Positions 32,709 through 42,697 of a stretch of DNA of 64,000 bases are shown here, one piece after another. The notes beneath the pieces were generated by a model. The model was given only the letters and a program-made list of their open reading frames with translations, had not been told where the DNA came from and did no database searches. The stretch's first letter is position 1. The number at the start of each line of letters is the position of its first letter. The position numbers and the translations under genes were made by a program. Origin of the DNA: an uncultured Methanomassiliicoccales archaeon (GTDB lineage: Archaea > Thermoplasmatota > Thermoplasmata > Methanomassiliicoccales > Methanomethylophilaceae); contig CASFMM010000004.1 of the NCBI GenBank assembly GCA_949295765.1, positions 19,252-83,251 on the forward strand, given 5' to 3'.

Positions 32709-32828
32709 TAAATCGAACTAATAAGGTCCCCGAAATGTAGATTTTTTCAAATTATGGACAAATCTGTCTTAATTTCAAATGACAATCACCATGGTAGCTA
32801 AAACAAAATTTGTTGTGAGACGTATCTT

Positions 32829-34166
32829 TCAACGGTCTTCCGAATCTCGATACTTCCCAATCCTCTTCAGCCAGGCCTTCATACCCTTCTCGTACCCGTT
32901 GTCGGACATCTCGTAGAATCTCCTGCCGACGAGCTCGTCCGGAAGGTACTGCTGCTCGACGTAGTGGTTCTCGAAGTCGTGGGGGTACTTGTACGTCAGG
33001 CCCCTGCCGAGGTCCTTCGCTCCGCTGTAATGTGCGTCCTTCAGGTACGGGGGGATGCCGCCGGTGGGCTCTGTCTTCACAGAGTTCATGGCACTGAAGA
33101 TCGCGTTGCAGGCGGAGTTGCTCTTGGGGGCGCACGCCACGTACGTCGCGGCCTGGGAGAGGATGATCTGGGATTCAGGCATCCCGATGCGCTCGACAGC
33201 CTGGGCGGCGGCGACCGCCACCACCAGCGCCTGGGGGTCCGCGTTGCCCACATCTTCGGAGGCGCAGATCATGATCCTCCTGGCGATGAACTTCACGTCC
33301 TCTCCGGCGTAGAGCATCCTTGCCAGATAGTACACGGCCGCGTCCGGGTCGGAGCCGCGCATGCTCTTGATGAACGCGGACACAGTGTCGTAGTGGTTGT
33401 CCCCGTCCCTGTCGTAGTTCAGGACCCTGCGCTGGATGCACTCCGAGGCCACGTTCAGGTCTATGCGTATCCTTCCGTCGGGTCCCGGCGGGGTTGTGAG
33501 GGCTCCGATCTCCAGTGCGTTCAGCGCCGCCCTCGCGTCACCGTTGGAGATGTCGGCCAGGAAATCCGCCGCGTCGCTGTCCAGGTCGACGTCCATGTTG
33601 CCCAGCCCCCTCTCTCTGTCGGACACGGCCCTCTCCAGAAGGGTCCTGACGCTCTCCTTGGAGAGCGGCCTGAGCTCGAAGATCCTGGACCTGGAGACCA
33701 GCGCGCGGTTGACCTCGAAGTACGGGTTCTCGGTGGTGGCGCCGATCAGGATGACAGTCCCGTCCTCCACGAATGGGAGCAGGTAGTCCTGCTGGGCCTT
33801 GTTGAAGCGGTGGATCTCGTCCACGAAGAGTATGGTGCGCTTCTCCTCCATGCCGAGGGCGTCCCTGGCCTTCTGGATCGCGTCCTCCATGTCCTTCTTA
33901 CCCGCGGTAGTGGCGTTTATCTGGACGAACCTGGCGTGGGTGGTGTTGGCGATGACCTGTGCCAGCGTGGTCTTCCCGGTTCCGGGTGGGCCGTAGAATG
34001 TGAGCGAGCCTATCCTGTCCGCGCGTATGGCCCTGGAGAGGAGCTTGTCCTCCCCGATGATGTGCTCCTGGCCGACGACCTCGTCCAGCGTTCTGGGACG
34101 CACGCGGCTGGCCAGCGGGGCGTCCTTCTCGAGGATCCCCTTGCGCGTGAACTCGAACAGGTCCAT
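32829..34166 (-). CDS. rarA: Replication-associated recombination protein A (RarA/MgsA AAA+ ATPase)
   Basis: PLASRVRPRTLDEVVGQEH, GPPGTGKTT, DEIHRFNKAQQD, GATTENP, HYDTVSAFIKSMRGSDPDAA, SEDVGNADP. Confidence 0.95.
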   Translation of the reverse strand: MDLFEFTRKGILEKDAPLASRVRPRTLDEVVGQEHIIGEDKLLSRAIRADRIGSLTFYGPPGTGKTTLAQVIANTTHARFVQINATTAGKKDMEDAIQKARDALGMEEKRTILFVDEIHRFNKAQQDYLLPFVEDGTVILIGATTENPYFEVNRALVSRSRIFELRPLSKESVRTLLERAVSDRERGLGNMDVDLDSDAADFLADISNGDARAALNALEIGALTTPPGPDGRIRIDLNVASECIQRRVLNYDRDGDNHYDTVSAFIKSMRGSDPDAAVYYLARMLYAGEDVKFIARRIMICASEDVGNADPQALVVAVAAAQAVERIGMPESQIILSQAATYVACAPKSNSACNAIFSAMNSVKTEPTGGIPPYLKDAHYSGAKDLGRGLTYKYPHDFENHYVEQQYLPDELVGRRFYEMSDNGYEKGMKAWLKRIGKYRDSEDR

Positions 34167-34380
34167 GCGGGGTCATCGAATCGCACTCTTTTATCTTGTC
34201 CTCTTTTCGCGCCCCTCATCCGTCCAGCACATCGCAGAAGGGATCTGATCCGATGTCGGATTTAACCTTACAAATAACCTGACAACTCGGGACTGTGCAG
34301 GCCGATTCCGACCACTCGGAACAGGTGGATGCCCTCGTTCCGCGAAGAGCCTATATAAGCGATGCCGATAACAACCATCT

Positions 34381-35067
34381 ATGGCAGACCTGCACGACCG
34401 CTGGGTCGCGGAGAGGAGGAACGAGCACTACTACAAGCTCGCCAAGAAGCTGAACTACCGCTCCAGGGCATCCTTCAAGCTGATCCAGATCGACGAGCGC
34501 TTCGGGATTTTCAAGCCCGGCGACGCCGTCGTCGACCTGGGGGCGTGCCCCGGCGGATGGTGCCAGGTGGCCCAGGAGCGCACATGGCCTAACGGCAAGG
34601 TCATCGGCGTCGATCTGAGGTACATCAAACCCATCGAGGGTGTCGAGACGTTCGTGGGGGACATCACCCACGACTCCACCATGATCGAGCTCATGGACAG
34701 GTTCGGCGGGAAGGCGGACGTCGTCCTTTCCGACATGGCCCCGAACATCGCCGGCCACTACTCCATGGACCATGCCAGGTCCATCAACCTCTGCATGTAC
34801 GCCGTGGACGTCTGCGACCGCATCCTGAAGAAGGAGGGGAAGCTGGTCATGAAGGTCTTCATGGGCGACATGTTCGACTCCCTGATGGACGAGCTGAAGA
34901 AGCGCTTCCAGTCCGTCAAGGTCCACTCGCCGGACGCGTCCAGGGACACCTCGTCGGAGGTCTACGTGATCTGCCAGGGCTACTACGGCAAGTCCAACAT
35001 CACCCTGAAGAAGCCCGAGGTCGAGGAGAAGAAGCCCGAGTTCACCGTCAAGGGCGGCTTCATCTGA
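34381..35067 (+). CDS. rlmE: 23S rRNA (U2552-2'-O)-methyltransferase RlmE/FtsJ
   Basis: YRSRASFKL, VVDLGACPGGW, SDMAPN, KVF.G, ASR..SSEVY. Confidence 0.93.
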   Translation: MADLHDRWVAERRNEHYYKLAKKLNYRSRASFKLIQIDERFGIFKPGDAVVDLGACPGGWCQVAQERTWPNGKVIGVDLRYIKPIEGVETFVGDITHDSTMIELMDRFGGKADVVLSDMAPNIAGHYSMDHARSINLCMYAVDVCDRILKKEGKLVMKVFMGDMFDSLMDELKKRFQSVKVHSPDASRDTSSEVYVICQGYYGKSNITLKKPEVEEKKPEFTVKGGFI

Positions 35068-35312
35068 TCCTCTTCATGCAGATTCTCTGTCTGCTGTCGT
35101 TTGGTTTGTCGGGGCGTACCGGTATCGTCACGGACATGTATGTGCGGCCAGAATCGGTCTTGTAGACCAGCAGGGTCAGAGGCGGGCCCCGTGGTCATAC
35201 TCATACTCATCAACTTTGAGAGGATGCAGAATCGTCCATCGAGTTCTGAGGAATCAAGTTTGTCAGCGGCTCTCTCCAAAGGAAAAATATCCTGATTCAC
35301 AGATACGGGCGC

Positions 35313-35939
35313 ATGGTTCCCACGAAGATCGTCTGCATAGGATGGAACTACCGCTCCCACGTGAAGGAGCTGGAGTCGGAGCTTCCGAAGGAGCCGACGG
35401 TTTTCTTGAAGCCTCCGAGCTGCATGATCTCCGACGGCGACGACATCGTGATTCCGGCAGGGGTCACCAACGTGCAGCACGAGGTGGAGCTGGCGGTCGT
35501 CTTCGGGAGGAGGTGCAAGGACGTCTCCGAGGAGGACGCGCTGTCCTGCATCTCGCACGTCGCGGTCTTCAACGACGTGTCCGCCAGGGACATGCAGACT
35601 GAGGCCCGCAGGACCGGGAACACATGGGACCTCAGCAAGGGCATGGACACCTTCGGCCCAATGTCCAAGCCGGTTCCGGTTAGCGGGGTCGGCGATCTCC
35701 AGAACCTGGAGCTGACGCTCACGGTCAACGGGGAGGTCAGACAGAGCGGGAACACGGCCAACATGATATTCCCGGTCGCTCGCCTCATCTCCTATGTGAC
35801 CAGGTTCATGACCATGGAGCCGGGGGACATCCTGATTACCGGAACCCCTGAGGGGGTCTCCGAGATAAGGCCTGGAGAAGTGGTAAGGGCTGAGATCTCG
35901 GGCGTGGGCTCGGTGACGAACAGGGTCGTCGGACTCTGA
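35313..35939 (+). CDS. Fumarylacetoacetate hydrolase family protein
   Basis: KIVCIGWNY..H, P.VFLKP, HEVELAVV, NDVSARD, K..DTFGP, PGDILITGTPEGV. Confidence 0.9.
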   Translation: MVPTKIVCIGWNYRSHVKELESELPKEPTVFLKPPSCMISDGDDIVIPAGVTNVQHEVELAVVFGRRCKDVSEEDALSCISHVAVFNDVSARDMQTEARRTGNTWDLSKGMDTFGPMSKPVPVSGVGDLQNLELTLTVNGEVRQSGNTANMIFPVARLISYVTRFMTMEPGDILITGTPEGVSEIRPGEVVRAEISGVGSVTNRVVGL

Positions 35940-35968
35940 GTCCACGGTTCCCCATACAATCGGTCGGG

Positions 35969-36487
35969 TCACTGGAGAATCGGGAACCTTCTGACGATCC
36001 CCAGGTCCGACCAGCGTCCGTTGACGCTGAGCCTGTCGAAGCCTCCCAGCAGGTAGATCGCCAACATGGCCAGGATGTACGCGATGTGGTAGTCCACGAG
36101 CGGGTTGTCCGACGGTGGCACGGCCAGGAGGTACATCAGGAACATCATCACGCACATCCCGACGGTGGCGAGCCTGGACGCGAACCCCGCCATGAGCGCG
36201 ACCCCCACGACGAGAAGTCCTGCCATCAGCAGGAAGTCCAGCACGGGGTTGCCAGCGAGGCCGTGGAAGAAGTCGGCGAAGACACCGGAGACCAGCTCGG
36301 AGAGGTAGTACTCGGTGGGGGACCCGCCGTTGACGATCGCAGCCTCGGGTGTGGTGAGCATGCCGAGTCCGAGAAGCTTGTCGAAGAAGGCCCAGATCAG
36401 CATGAATCCGAAGACTATGCGGAGCACTGCGAGAACGTACTCCCCCGTCACGCGTCTGTCCCGTTTCCCGAAACTCAGGCCGTCCAT
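35969..36487 (-). CDS. DoxX/DoxD-like membrane protein
   Basis: LRIVFG...WAFFDKL.G, four TM helices, NPLVDYHI.Y. Confidence 0.75.
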   Translation of the reverse strand: MDGLSFGKRDRRVTGEYVLAVLRIVFGFMLIWAFFDKLLGLGMLTTPEAAIVNGGSPTEYYLSELVSGVFADFFHGLAGNPVLDFLLMAGLLVVGVALMAGFASRLATVGMCVMMFLMYLLAVPPSDNPLVDYHIAYILAMLAIYLLGGFDRLSVNGRWSDLGIVRRFPILQ

Positions 36488-36540
36488 GCTGAGGGGTGAT
36501 GATGAACACTTTTAAAAGCGTCGTGCGAACACGTCCCGGG

Positions 36541-39285
36541 TCAGTCCCAGAACCTCTTGTTCTTGGCATAGAGGATCTCCGCGTTCATGATGTCGCGGTA
36601 GAAGTCGTCCTCGTCCACGTGCATGCTGCGCAGGATCCTGGACGCCGCGTCAGGTCCGATCCCCCTGCCAGCCAATGCGATGACCGCCCTCTTCCCGTGC
36701 TCGTTCACCAGGTTGGCGTTCCTGGACAGGCGCAGGCGGTCCTTCTTCTCCTGGGCGGACATCTCGGTGAGCTTCACCAGACGGACGTTCTCCCTCTCGT
36801 AGCCCTTGAGGACGGCGACCATAACGCCCCCGCATTGAGGGCACCTGAACCTCTTCGGCGCGTCCCCGACCCTGAACCTCCACTGTGACCCGCAGTTCAT
36901 GCAGGTGGCGAACATGACCTCGTCCTCCAGTCTCTTCTTCAGGGCCATGAGGATCGAGTGGTCGGCGCGGACCGGCTGCATGAGCTCCTTCGATCTCACT
37001 ATGCCTTCGAGACCTATGGCGGAGATGCCTCCGAGCTCCACCTTGATCTCGCCGTCGGCGATCATCTTCACGACCCTCTCGGTGTTGGGGATGTCCAGGT
37101 CCTCCCAGAGCACCTTGTTGACAGCCTCCCTGTAGGCGGGGGTTCCCTGATGCATCTCGAAAAGCCTGCCGAAGTTCATGAAGCGGTGGTCGGCGTTCTT
37201 CTCGATGATGCCGAACTTCTTGGCGACGAAGACGAACCTCCATCTGAGGAAGGAGGAGTTCAGAATCGTGAGCCTAGACAGGGCCTCGACGGTGCCGGGC
37301 TTCACGGACATCACGGTCTGCATGATGTCGTCGCGCTTCATGTTGCGGGGGAGTTCCAGGATCATCCTGTACGGGTCCGCGGTCATGCCGACACTCTCTC
37401 CGAGGCGGGCGGTCAGCAGCGCGGCGTAGATCTTGCCGAGGGTCTCGTTGACCCTGCTGCCGAAGCACCCGTTGACGATGACAAGCCTGTCGCCGACCTC
37501 CACGGTCACGAGCCGGTCGGTGGGCATCTTGAACCTCTCGTCCTGGTCCGCGAAGTACTTGTTCAGCACCCTGACGCAGCCCTCGTCCCCCGGATAGTCC
37601 TTTAGGTTCCTGAGGCGGCGCATCCTGCCAACCTCCATGGCGACCTCGAACGGGACGGGGATGTCCGATCCGACCCAGTTGGGGACGGACCCGACCTCGC
37701 GGGCCTCCTCCACCAGGATCTCGTCCTCGCGCATCTCCACGATCCTCCAGGTCCTGCCCTTGGCGATGAACATGGCGTACTCCTCGGCGAAGGACGCCAC
37801 GAAGCTCTCGTCCAGGGTCCCGATCACCGCGCGGGTGCCGATGTCCCTGATCATGTACGAGCGCTCGTCGGGGATCATCGAGATGTTCTCGTAGAAGTAG
37901 TTCATGCCCTTGCGGGACCTGCGGAAGGCGTCCCCGTCGTCGAAGAGCATCTTGATGGACTTCAGCTGCTCAAGGACGTCGTCGATGTCCTGCCTGGTGA
38001 TGTCCCTGAACGGGTACGCTCCGGAGAACACCTTGAACGCCGTCTCCCTGTCGACCCCTCCGGACATGGTCATGGCGATGAGCTGGTTGGCGACCACCGA
38101 CAGCGGGCATGGCCTGCCCTTCCAGAACTCCAGCTCCTTGGAGTCGCACCTCCTGGCGATGACAAGGGCCTCGGCCACCTCGTCGGGGGCGGTAGCGATG
38201 ATCTTGGCCCTGATGTGCTCCCCGATCCTGTGGCCGGCGCGCCCCGCCCTCTGGATCATGCGGGACACCTGTCTGGGCGAGTTGTACTGGATGACCATGT
38301 CCGTGGAGCCCACGTCTATCCCCAGCTCCAGGGACGACGTGCATATCAGCGCCTTTATCTCGCCCCTCTTGAAGCGGTCCTCCATGTCCATGCGGTTCTC
38401 CTTGGACAGGGAGCCGTGGTGGACGTCGATGGATATGGACTCGTCCCAGAGGTGGTAGCGTGCGGCCAGCCATTCGGCGGTCTCCCTCGTGTTGACGAAG
38501 AACAGGGTGGACCTTCCGGATTCCACGATCTCCCTCGCTCTCTTCATCACGGCGAGGATGTCTGGGTCGCTCTGCAGCTTGTCCAGGAGCACAGGGTCCT
38601 CGTCGGGAGCGGGGCTCTCGACGTCGATGTCGAAGTCGCGGTGGGTGTCGTGCTTGCGGATGGTCACCTCGCGCCTGGTCCCGACCAGGAACCTGGCCAC
38701 GCTCTCCACGTTGCCCACGGTGGCGGACAGGCCGATCCTCTGGTACTCCCCCGCTATGAGACTGAGCCTCTCGAGGGCGACGCTCAGCTGCGCGCCCCTC
38801 TCGGTGTTCGAGAGCTCGTGGATCTCGTCGACGACCACCCACTGCACGCCCTTCAGATGCTGGAGGAGGCGCTTGCCGGTGAACATCACCTGCAGCGTCT
38901 CGGGAGTGGTGATCAGTATCTCCGGCGGGTTCTGGGACTGGTGGTTCCTCTCCGCCTGGGAGGTGTCGCCGTGCCTCACGCCGACGGTTATGTGCAGGGC
39001 GTTGCCGTACTCCTCCATCCTGCGGAGCATGTCCCTGTTCAGGGCGCGGAGCGGTGTGATGTACAGGCATCTGAAGCCGGACCTGCTCCCCTTCGTGCGG
39101 AAAATGGTGTCGAAGATCGGCAGCATCGCCGCCTCAGTCTTCCCGATGCCGGTGGGCGCCACCAGGAGGATGTTCCCTCCCTTCAGTATCCTGGGTATGA
39201 CGTCCGCCTGCGGCGGCGTGGGGTCGGTGATGCCCCTCTTGGCGAGGGCCTGCACGAGCTCGGGGCTCAGTTCCGGAAAAGGCAT
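36541..39285 (-). CDS. lhr: Lhr-family DEAD/DEAH helicase (914 aa, C-terminal Zn motif)
   Basis: APTGIGKTEAA, ITPLRALNRD, DEIHE, GLSATV, SSLELGIDVG, QRAGRAGH, P.WVGS.IPV, CMNC...CPQC. Confidence 0.9.
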   Translation of the reverse strand: MPFPELSPELVQALAKRGITDPTPPQADVIPRILKGGNILLVAPTGIGKTEAAMLPIFDTIFRTKGSRSGFRCLYITPLRALNRDMLRRMEEYGNALHITVGVRHGDTSQAERNHQSQNPPEILITTPETLQVMFTGKRLLQHLKGVQWVVVDEIHELSNTERGAQLSVALERLSLIAGEYQRIGLSATVGNVESVARFLVGTRREVTIRKHDTHRDFDIDVESPAPDEDPVLLDKLQSDPDILAVMKRAREIVESGRSTLFFVNTRETAEWLAARYHLWDESISIDVHHGSLSKENRMDMEDRFKRGEIKALICTSSLELGIDVGSTDMVIQYNSPRQVSRMIQRAGRAGHRIGEHIRAKIIATAPDEVAEALVIARRCDSKELEFWKGRPCPLSVVANQLIAMTMSGGVDRETAFKVFSGAYPFRDITRQDIDDVLEQLKSIKMLFDDGDAFRRSRKGMNYFYENISMIPDERSYMIRDIGTRAVIGTLDESFVASFAEEYAMFIAKGRTWRIVEMREDEILVEEAREVGSVPNWVGSDIPVPFEVAMEVGRMRRLRNLKDYPGDEGCVRVLNKYFADQDERFKMPTDRLVTVEVGDRLVIVNGCFGSRVNETLGKIYAALLTARLGESVGMTADPYRMILELPRNMKRDDIMQTVMSVKPGTVEALSRLTILNSSFLRWRFVFVAKKFGIIEKNADHRFMNFGRLFEMHQGTPAYREAVNKVLWEDLDIPNTERVVKMIADGEIKVELGGISAIGLEGIVRSKELMQPVRADHSILMALKKRLEDEVMFATCMNCGSQWRFRVGDAPKRFRCPQCGGVMVAVLKGYERENVRLVKLTEMSAQEKKDRLRLSRNANLVNEHGKRAVIALAGRGIGPDAASRILRSMHVDEDDFYRDIMNAEILYAKNKRFWD

Positions 39286-39330
39286 GGGAAAAGGGGTAAA
39301 GGTGCCGGGGCGGGGCCCCGGCGGTTAGAA

Positions 39331-40551
39331 TCACTCGGAAGCGGGCTCTTCCTTCTTGGGTGCGGTGACCTCGAGGAGCACCTGGGACAGGTCCATCACC
39401 TTGATCTTGGACCCGATCTTCTTGGCTCCCTGGGTCAGGTTCAGCACGCAGAAGGGGCAGCAGGTGATGAGGATCTCGGCACCGGTTGCCTCGGCGTCCC
39501 TGATCCTCTCGGCCGCGATGGCTGTGGCGAAGTCGTTGAACTGGCTCTTGTATCCTCCGCCGGCTCCGCAGCACCTGGAGTTCTCCCTGGACCTCTCCAT
39601 CTCGACGAACTCGACACCCTTGATCTTCTTGATGACGTTCCTGGGAGCGTCGAAGACTCCGGAGTGCCTTCCGAGGTGGCAGGGGTCGTGGTAGGTGACC
39701 TTGTGCTTGAACTCGTTGTTGAGGGGCAGCTTCCTGTCGTTGATCAGCTGCTCGACGTACTGGGAGAAGTGGTAGACGTTCTGTCCGACCTTGGCGTAAT
39801 ACTTGCCGAAGTCGGTGGAGACGGTCTTGTAGCATCCAGAGCAGGTCATGACCATGTCCTTTCCTCCGATGCCGTCCGCCTTCTCGACGACGGTCTCGGC
39901 GCATCCGAGGGACTCGGTCTTGGTTCCGGTCCTCAGCAGGGGCGAGGAGCAGCACCACTCCTTCTCTCCGAGGCAGTTCATCTTGACGCCGGCCCTGGAG
40001 AGCACGATGACTCCGGCCTGGGCGATGTTCTGCATCCTGTAGGATCCGGTGCATCCGGCGAAGAAGATGACGTCGGCGGGCATGGCCCTCTCGACCTCGG
40101 CGGGCCACCAGGCGTCCCTCTTGGAGGGGGGCTCGCCGTAGGGGTTGTGGCACTCGGCGACCTTTGCGGCCATTCCCTTGTGGGCGGAGAGGGGTCCGGC
40201 GCCGTTCTCGACGATCCAGGCCCTCATGTCCTCCCAGAAGTCCACCAGGTGGATCTGGGCGTGACACACGACCTCGCAGTTCCCGCAGCCGGTGCACTTG
40301 TACATGGCGTCGACGAACTCGGGGCTCAGGCTGACCTCTCTTCCCAGCAGGCCGTCCAGTGCTCCGGTTCCGACCTTGTCGAGCTGGTTGACGTAGTAGA
40401 TCTTTCCTCTGGGGGTGACGGACTCCCAGGGGGTCTGGTTGTGCGCCTCGCAGACGTCGATGCAGTATCCGCACTGCAGGCATGCGGTCAGTACCTTCTG
40501 CACGCGGGGGAGTTTGATGAACTCGGGTTTCTTGATGTTGATCTCTACCAT
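39331..40551 (-). CDS. HdrD/GlcF-like Fe-S protein (2x[4Fe-4S] plus two CCG domains)
   Basis: CLQCGYCIDVC, CTGCGNCEVVC, FFAGC, EWCC, CSGC, YHDPCHLGRH, CCGAGGG, CCPFC. Confidence 0.88.
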   Translation of the reverse strand: MVEINIKKPEFIKLPRVQKVLTACLQCGYCIDVCEAHNQTPWESVTPRGKIYYVNQLDKVGTGALDGLLGREVSLSPEFVDAMYKCTGCGNCEVVCHAQIHLVDFWEDMRAWIVENGAGPLSAHKGMAAKVAECHNPYGEPPSKRDAWWPAEVERAMPADVIFFAGCTGSYRMQNIAQAGVIVLSRAGVKMNCLGEKEWCCSSPLLRTGTKTESLGCAETVVEKADGIGGKDMVMTCSGCYKTVSTDFGKYYAKVGQNVYHFSQYVEQLINDRKLPLNNEFKHKVTYHDPCHLGRHSGVFDAPRNVIKKIKGVEFVEMERSRENSRCCGAGGGYKSQFNDFATAIAAERIRDAEATGAEILITCCPFCVLNLTQGAKKIGSKIKVMDLSQVLLEVTAPKKEEPASE

Positions 40552-40765
40552 GTTGCCGTTCCTCCGGACATGTTAGGCGGCCTTCCGACGGGCCGCTCTT
40601 CCTGCTTCTTCCAGAGCCAGGGGATATATAACCGTTATAGGGGCGTGGCCCGCCGTCTGTCCGCAGGTGGCCCTTGGAAAATGAGATTCAATGAGATAAT
40701 ATGAAGGGCGGGAAGGAACCAGATATACGTCCGCACGTCCATTCGGAAAGTCGGAGGGATGCGGT

Positions 40766-41467
40766 TTGGACACGATTCGGAAGGACATGGGAGGCAGGAC
40801 TGTCACGGTCTACGCGTCGGGGGAGGAGGGCGTTCCGACGGTCTACGCCAGCATGTACGTGGAAGCCGGCGGGGAGGTCATGGCGCGCTGCTCCGAACTG
40901 GGGTGTCCGGCGTTCAACCTGGTGTCCGTGTCCGGCCTGGAGTGGAACCGCGACCTGTCGCCGTGGCCCGCGGACTCCGTGATGACCGAGGACGACGGGT
41001 TCGCAGGGGGTGCCGACGCTTATTTGGCGTTCCTGACGGACGAGATCGTCCCCTATGCGGAAAGTTTGCTGGGAGGAGGGGACAGGATCGTCGCCGGCTA
41101 CTCCATGGCGGGGCTGTTCGCCATCTACGCGCCGTACGCGACGGATGCCTTCTCGGCATGCGTTTCCGCATCCGGATCCCTGTGGTACCCCGGATTCACG
41201 GAGTTCGCTGAGACGCACGACTTCAGGAGGAGGCCAAGGTCCGTCTACATGTCAGTCGGGACGAAGGAGCACCGCACCCCGAACCCGGTGATGCGCAGGG
41301 TGAACGACTGCACCGCCCGCATACGCGACATGCTCGTGGCCGGAGGGACCGAGGCGGTGTTCGAGCTCAACCCCGGCAACCACTTCAGGGACGGGGACCT
41401 GAGGCTGGCCAAGGGCATCGCATGGACGCTGTCCAGGCGAAGGCCCCATTATGTAGAAGCAAGGTGA
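40766..41467 (+). CDS. Alpha/beta-hydrolase (putative esterase)
   Basis: GGADAYL.FL, nucleophile elbow AGYSMAGLFA, SGSLWYPGF, NPGNHF. Confidence 0.8.
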   Translation: MDTIRKDMGGRTVTVYASGEEGVPTVYASMYVEAGGEVMARCSELGCPAFNLVSVSGLEWNRDLSPWPADSVMTEDDGFAGGADAYLAFLTDEIVPYAESLLGGGDRIVAGYSMAGLFAIYAPYATDAFSACVSASGSLWYPGFTEFAETHDFRRRPRSVYMSVGTKEHRTPNPVMRRVNDCTARIRDMLVAGGTEAVFELNPGNHFRDGDLRLAKGIAWTLSRRRPHYVEAR

Positions 41468-41476
41468 TGCGGGACC

Positions 41477-42670
41477 ATGAGCGCCCCGAGGCTTTACGAG
41501 GACTGGACCGGCAACATCGTCAACGGAGCCGACATCAGGAGCCTCGATCCCGGGGCTGTGAGGGCCGCCAGGGCGGCGTTCTGCGAGAGGTTCCCGGACC
41601 GTGCCGAGGAGAGCGCCCAGTGGGACGATGCGACGTTCCTGTCCAGGGCAGGGGTTTTCAAGAGGGGGAAGGTGACCGTCGCCGCGCTCATACTCCTGGG
41701 GAAGCCCGGCGAGCGCATGATCCCGCCGTCGGTGTGCATCAGGTGGAGGCTCCTGGACCCGGACGGCGCCACCGTGGATTCGAGGACCTTCGAGGGGCCG
41801 GCGATCCTGTCGTCCACCCACGCGGTCTCCATGATCAGGAACTGGTCGTGCAGGGTCGGCCCGGAGGGGTCGGAGTCCGTGGTCAGCGCGTACCGCACCG
41901 CGACACTTCTGGAGGCCGTCCGCAACGCCGTCGTCCATCAGGACTTCGGCCTGGGCGGCACGGTGGAGATTGTGGAGAGGGAGAACGAGTCCGTCACCGT
42001 GATCAGCATGGGCTCGTTCCCGGACCGCAGTCCCGAGTCCTTCGTCACAGGTCCGCCCCAGGGCGCCCCGCGCAGGAACGCCTTTCTCTACAACGCGATG
42101 GCCGGTCTCGGCGTCATACCCGCGGCGGGCAGCGGGATAAGGTCCATGTACCTGTCTCAGGCCCACCGCCGCTTCCCGATGCCGGACTTCGACATCCTCG
42201 GGGAGAGGGTGGCCGTGAGGTTCCACGGGATGAGGGGAGGTTCGTACGCTAGGGTGCTGGACCTCCGCGAGGACCTGGACCTGAAGACGGTCATGGACCT
42301 GGACCGTGTGGCGAAGAACCGCTATGTGCCAGACAGGCGTCTCAAGGCCCTCGTGAGGAGGGGGCTGGTGGATATGATCGGGGACCTCCCGTGCATCGCG
42401 TCGGGCGCCGGCCAGGAGGTCGCGTCCGCGTACACCTCAGGCACCGACCAGGACGCCGTGATGGACCTGATCCGCACGAAGGGGTACGTGACGAGGGCGG
42501 ACGTTGCGGAGGTGCTGGCCTCCAGGGACTCCAAGGAGCTGACCGAGGAGCAGCTGAGGGTCAAGGCGACCAACCTCCTGCAGACCATGAGGAAGGCGGG
42601 GCTGGTGCAGAAGTCGGACGGAAGCACCAGGTCTGCCAGGTACGTCCTGTCGGACGGACCTCATGATTGA
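41477..42670 (+). CDS. RecG-C/HATPase-like protein with C-terminal HTH, lacking the usual N-terminal AlbA_2/Schlafen domain
   Basis: DW....GA....LDP.A, WDD.TFL, LILLGK, EAV.NAV.HQD, RN.FL..AM..LG....GSGI..MY. Confidence 0.6.
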   Translation: MSAPRLYEDWTGNIVNGADIRSLDPGAVRAARAAFCERFPDRAEESAQWDDATFLSRAGVFKRGKVTVAALILLGKPGERMIPPSVCIRWRLLDPDGATVDSRTFEGPAILSSTHAVSMIRNWSCRVGPEGSESVVSAYRTATLLEAVRNAVVHQDFGLGGTVEIVERENESVTVISMGSFPDRSPESFVTGPPQGAPRRNAFLYNAMAGLGVIPAAGSGIRSMYLSQAHRRFPMPDFDILGERVAVRFHGMRGGSYARVLDLREDLDLKTVMDLDRVAKNRYVPDRRLKALVRRGLVDMIGDLPCIASGAGQEVASAYTSGTDQDAVMDLIRTKGYVTRADVAEVLASRDSKELTEEQLRVKATNLLQTMRKAGLVQKSDGSTRSARYVLSDGPHD

Positions 42671-42697
42671 AATACGGCGTAGAGCGGTTACATCCGC

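Noticed and set aside
35068-35312. Possible ncRNA or gene remnant between rlmE and the FAH gene
   Set aside because: No convincing ORF, stable fold or known RNA motif; only a short TCATAC repeat
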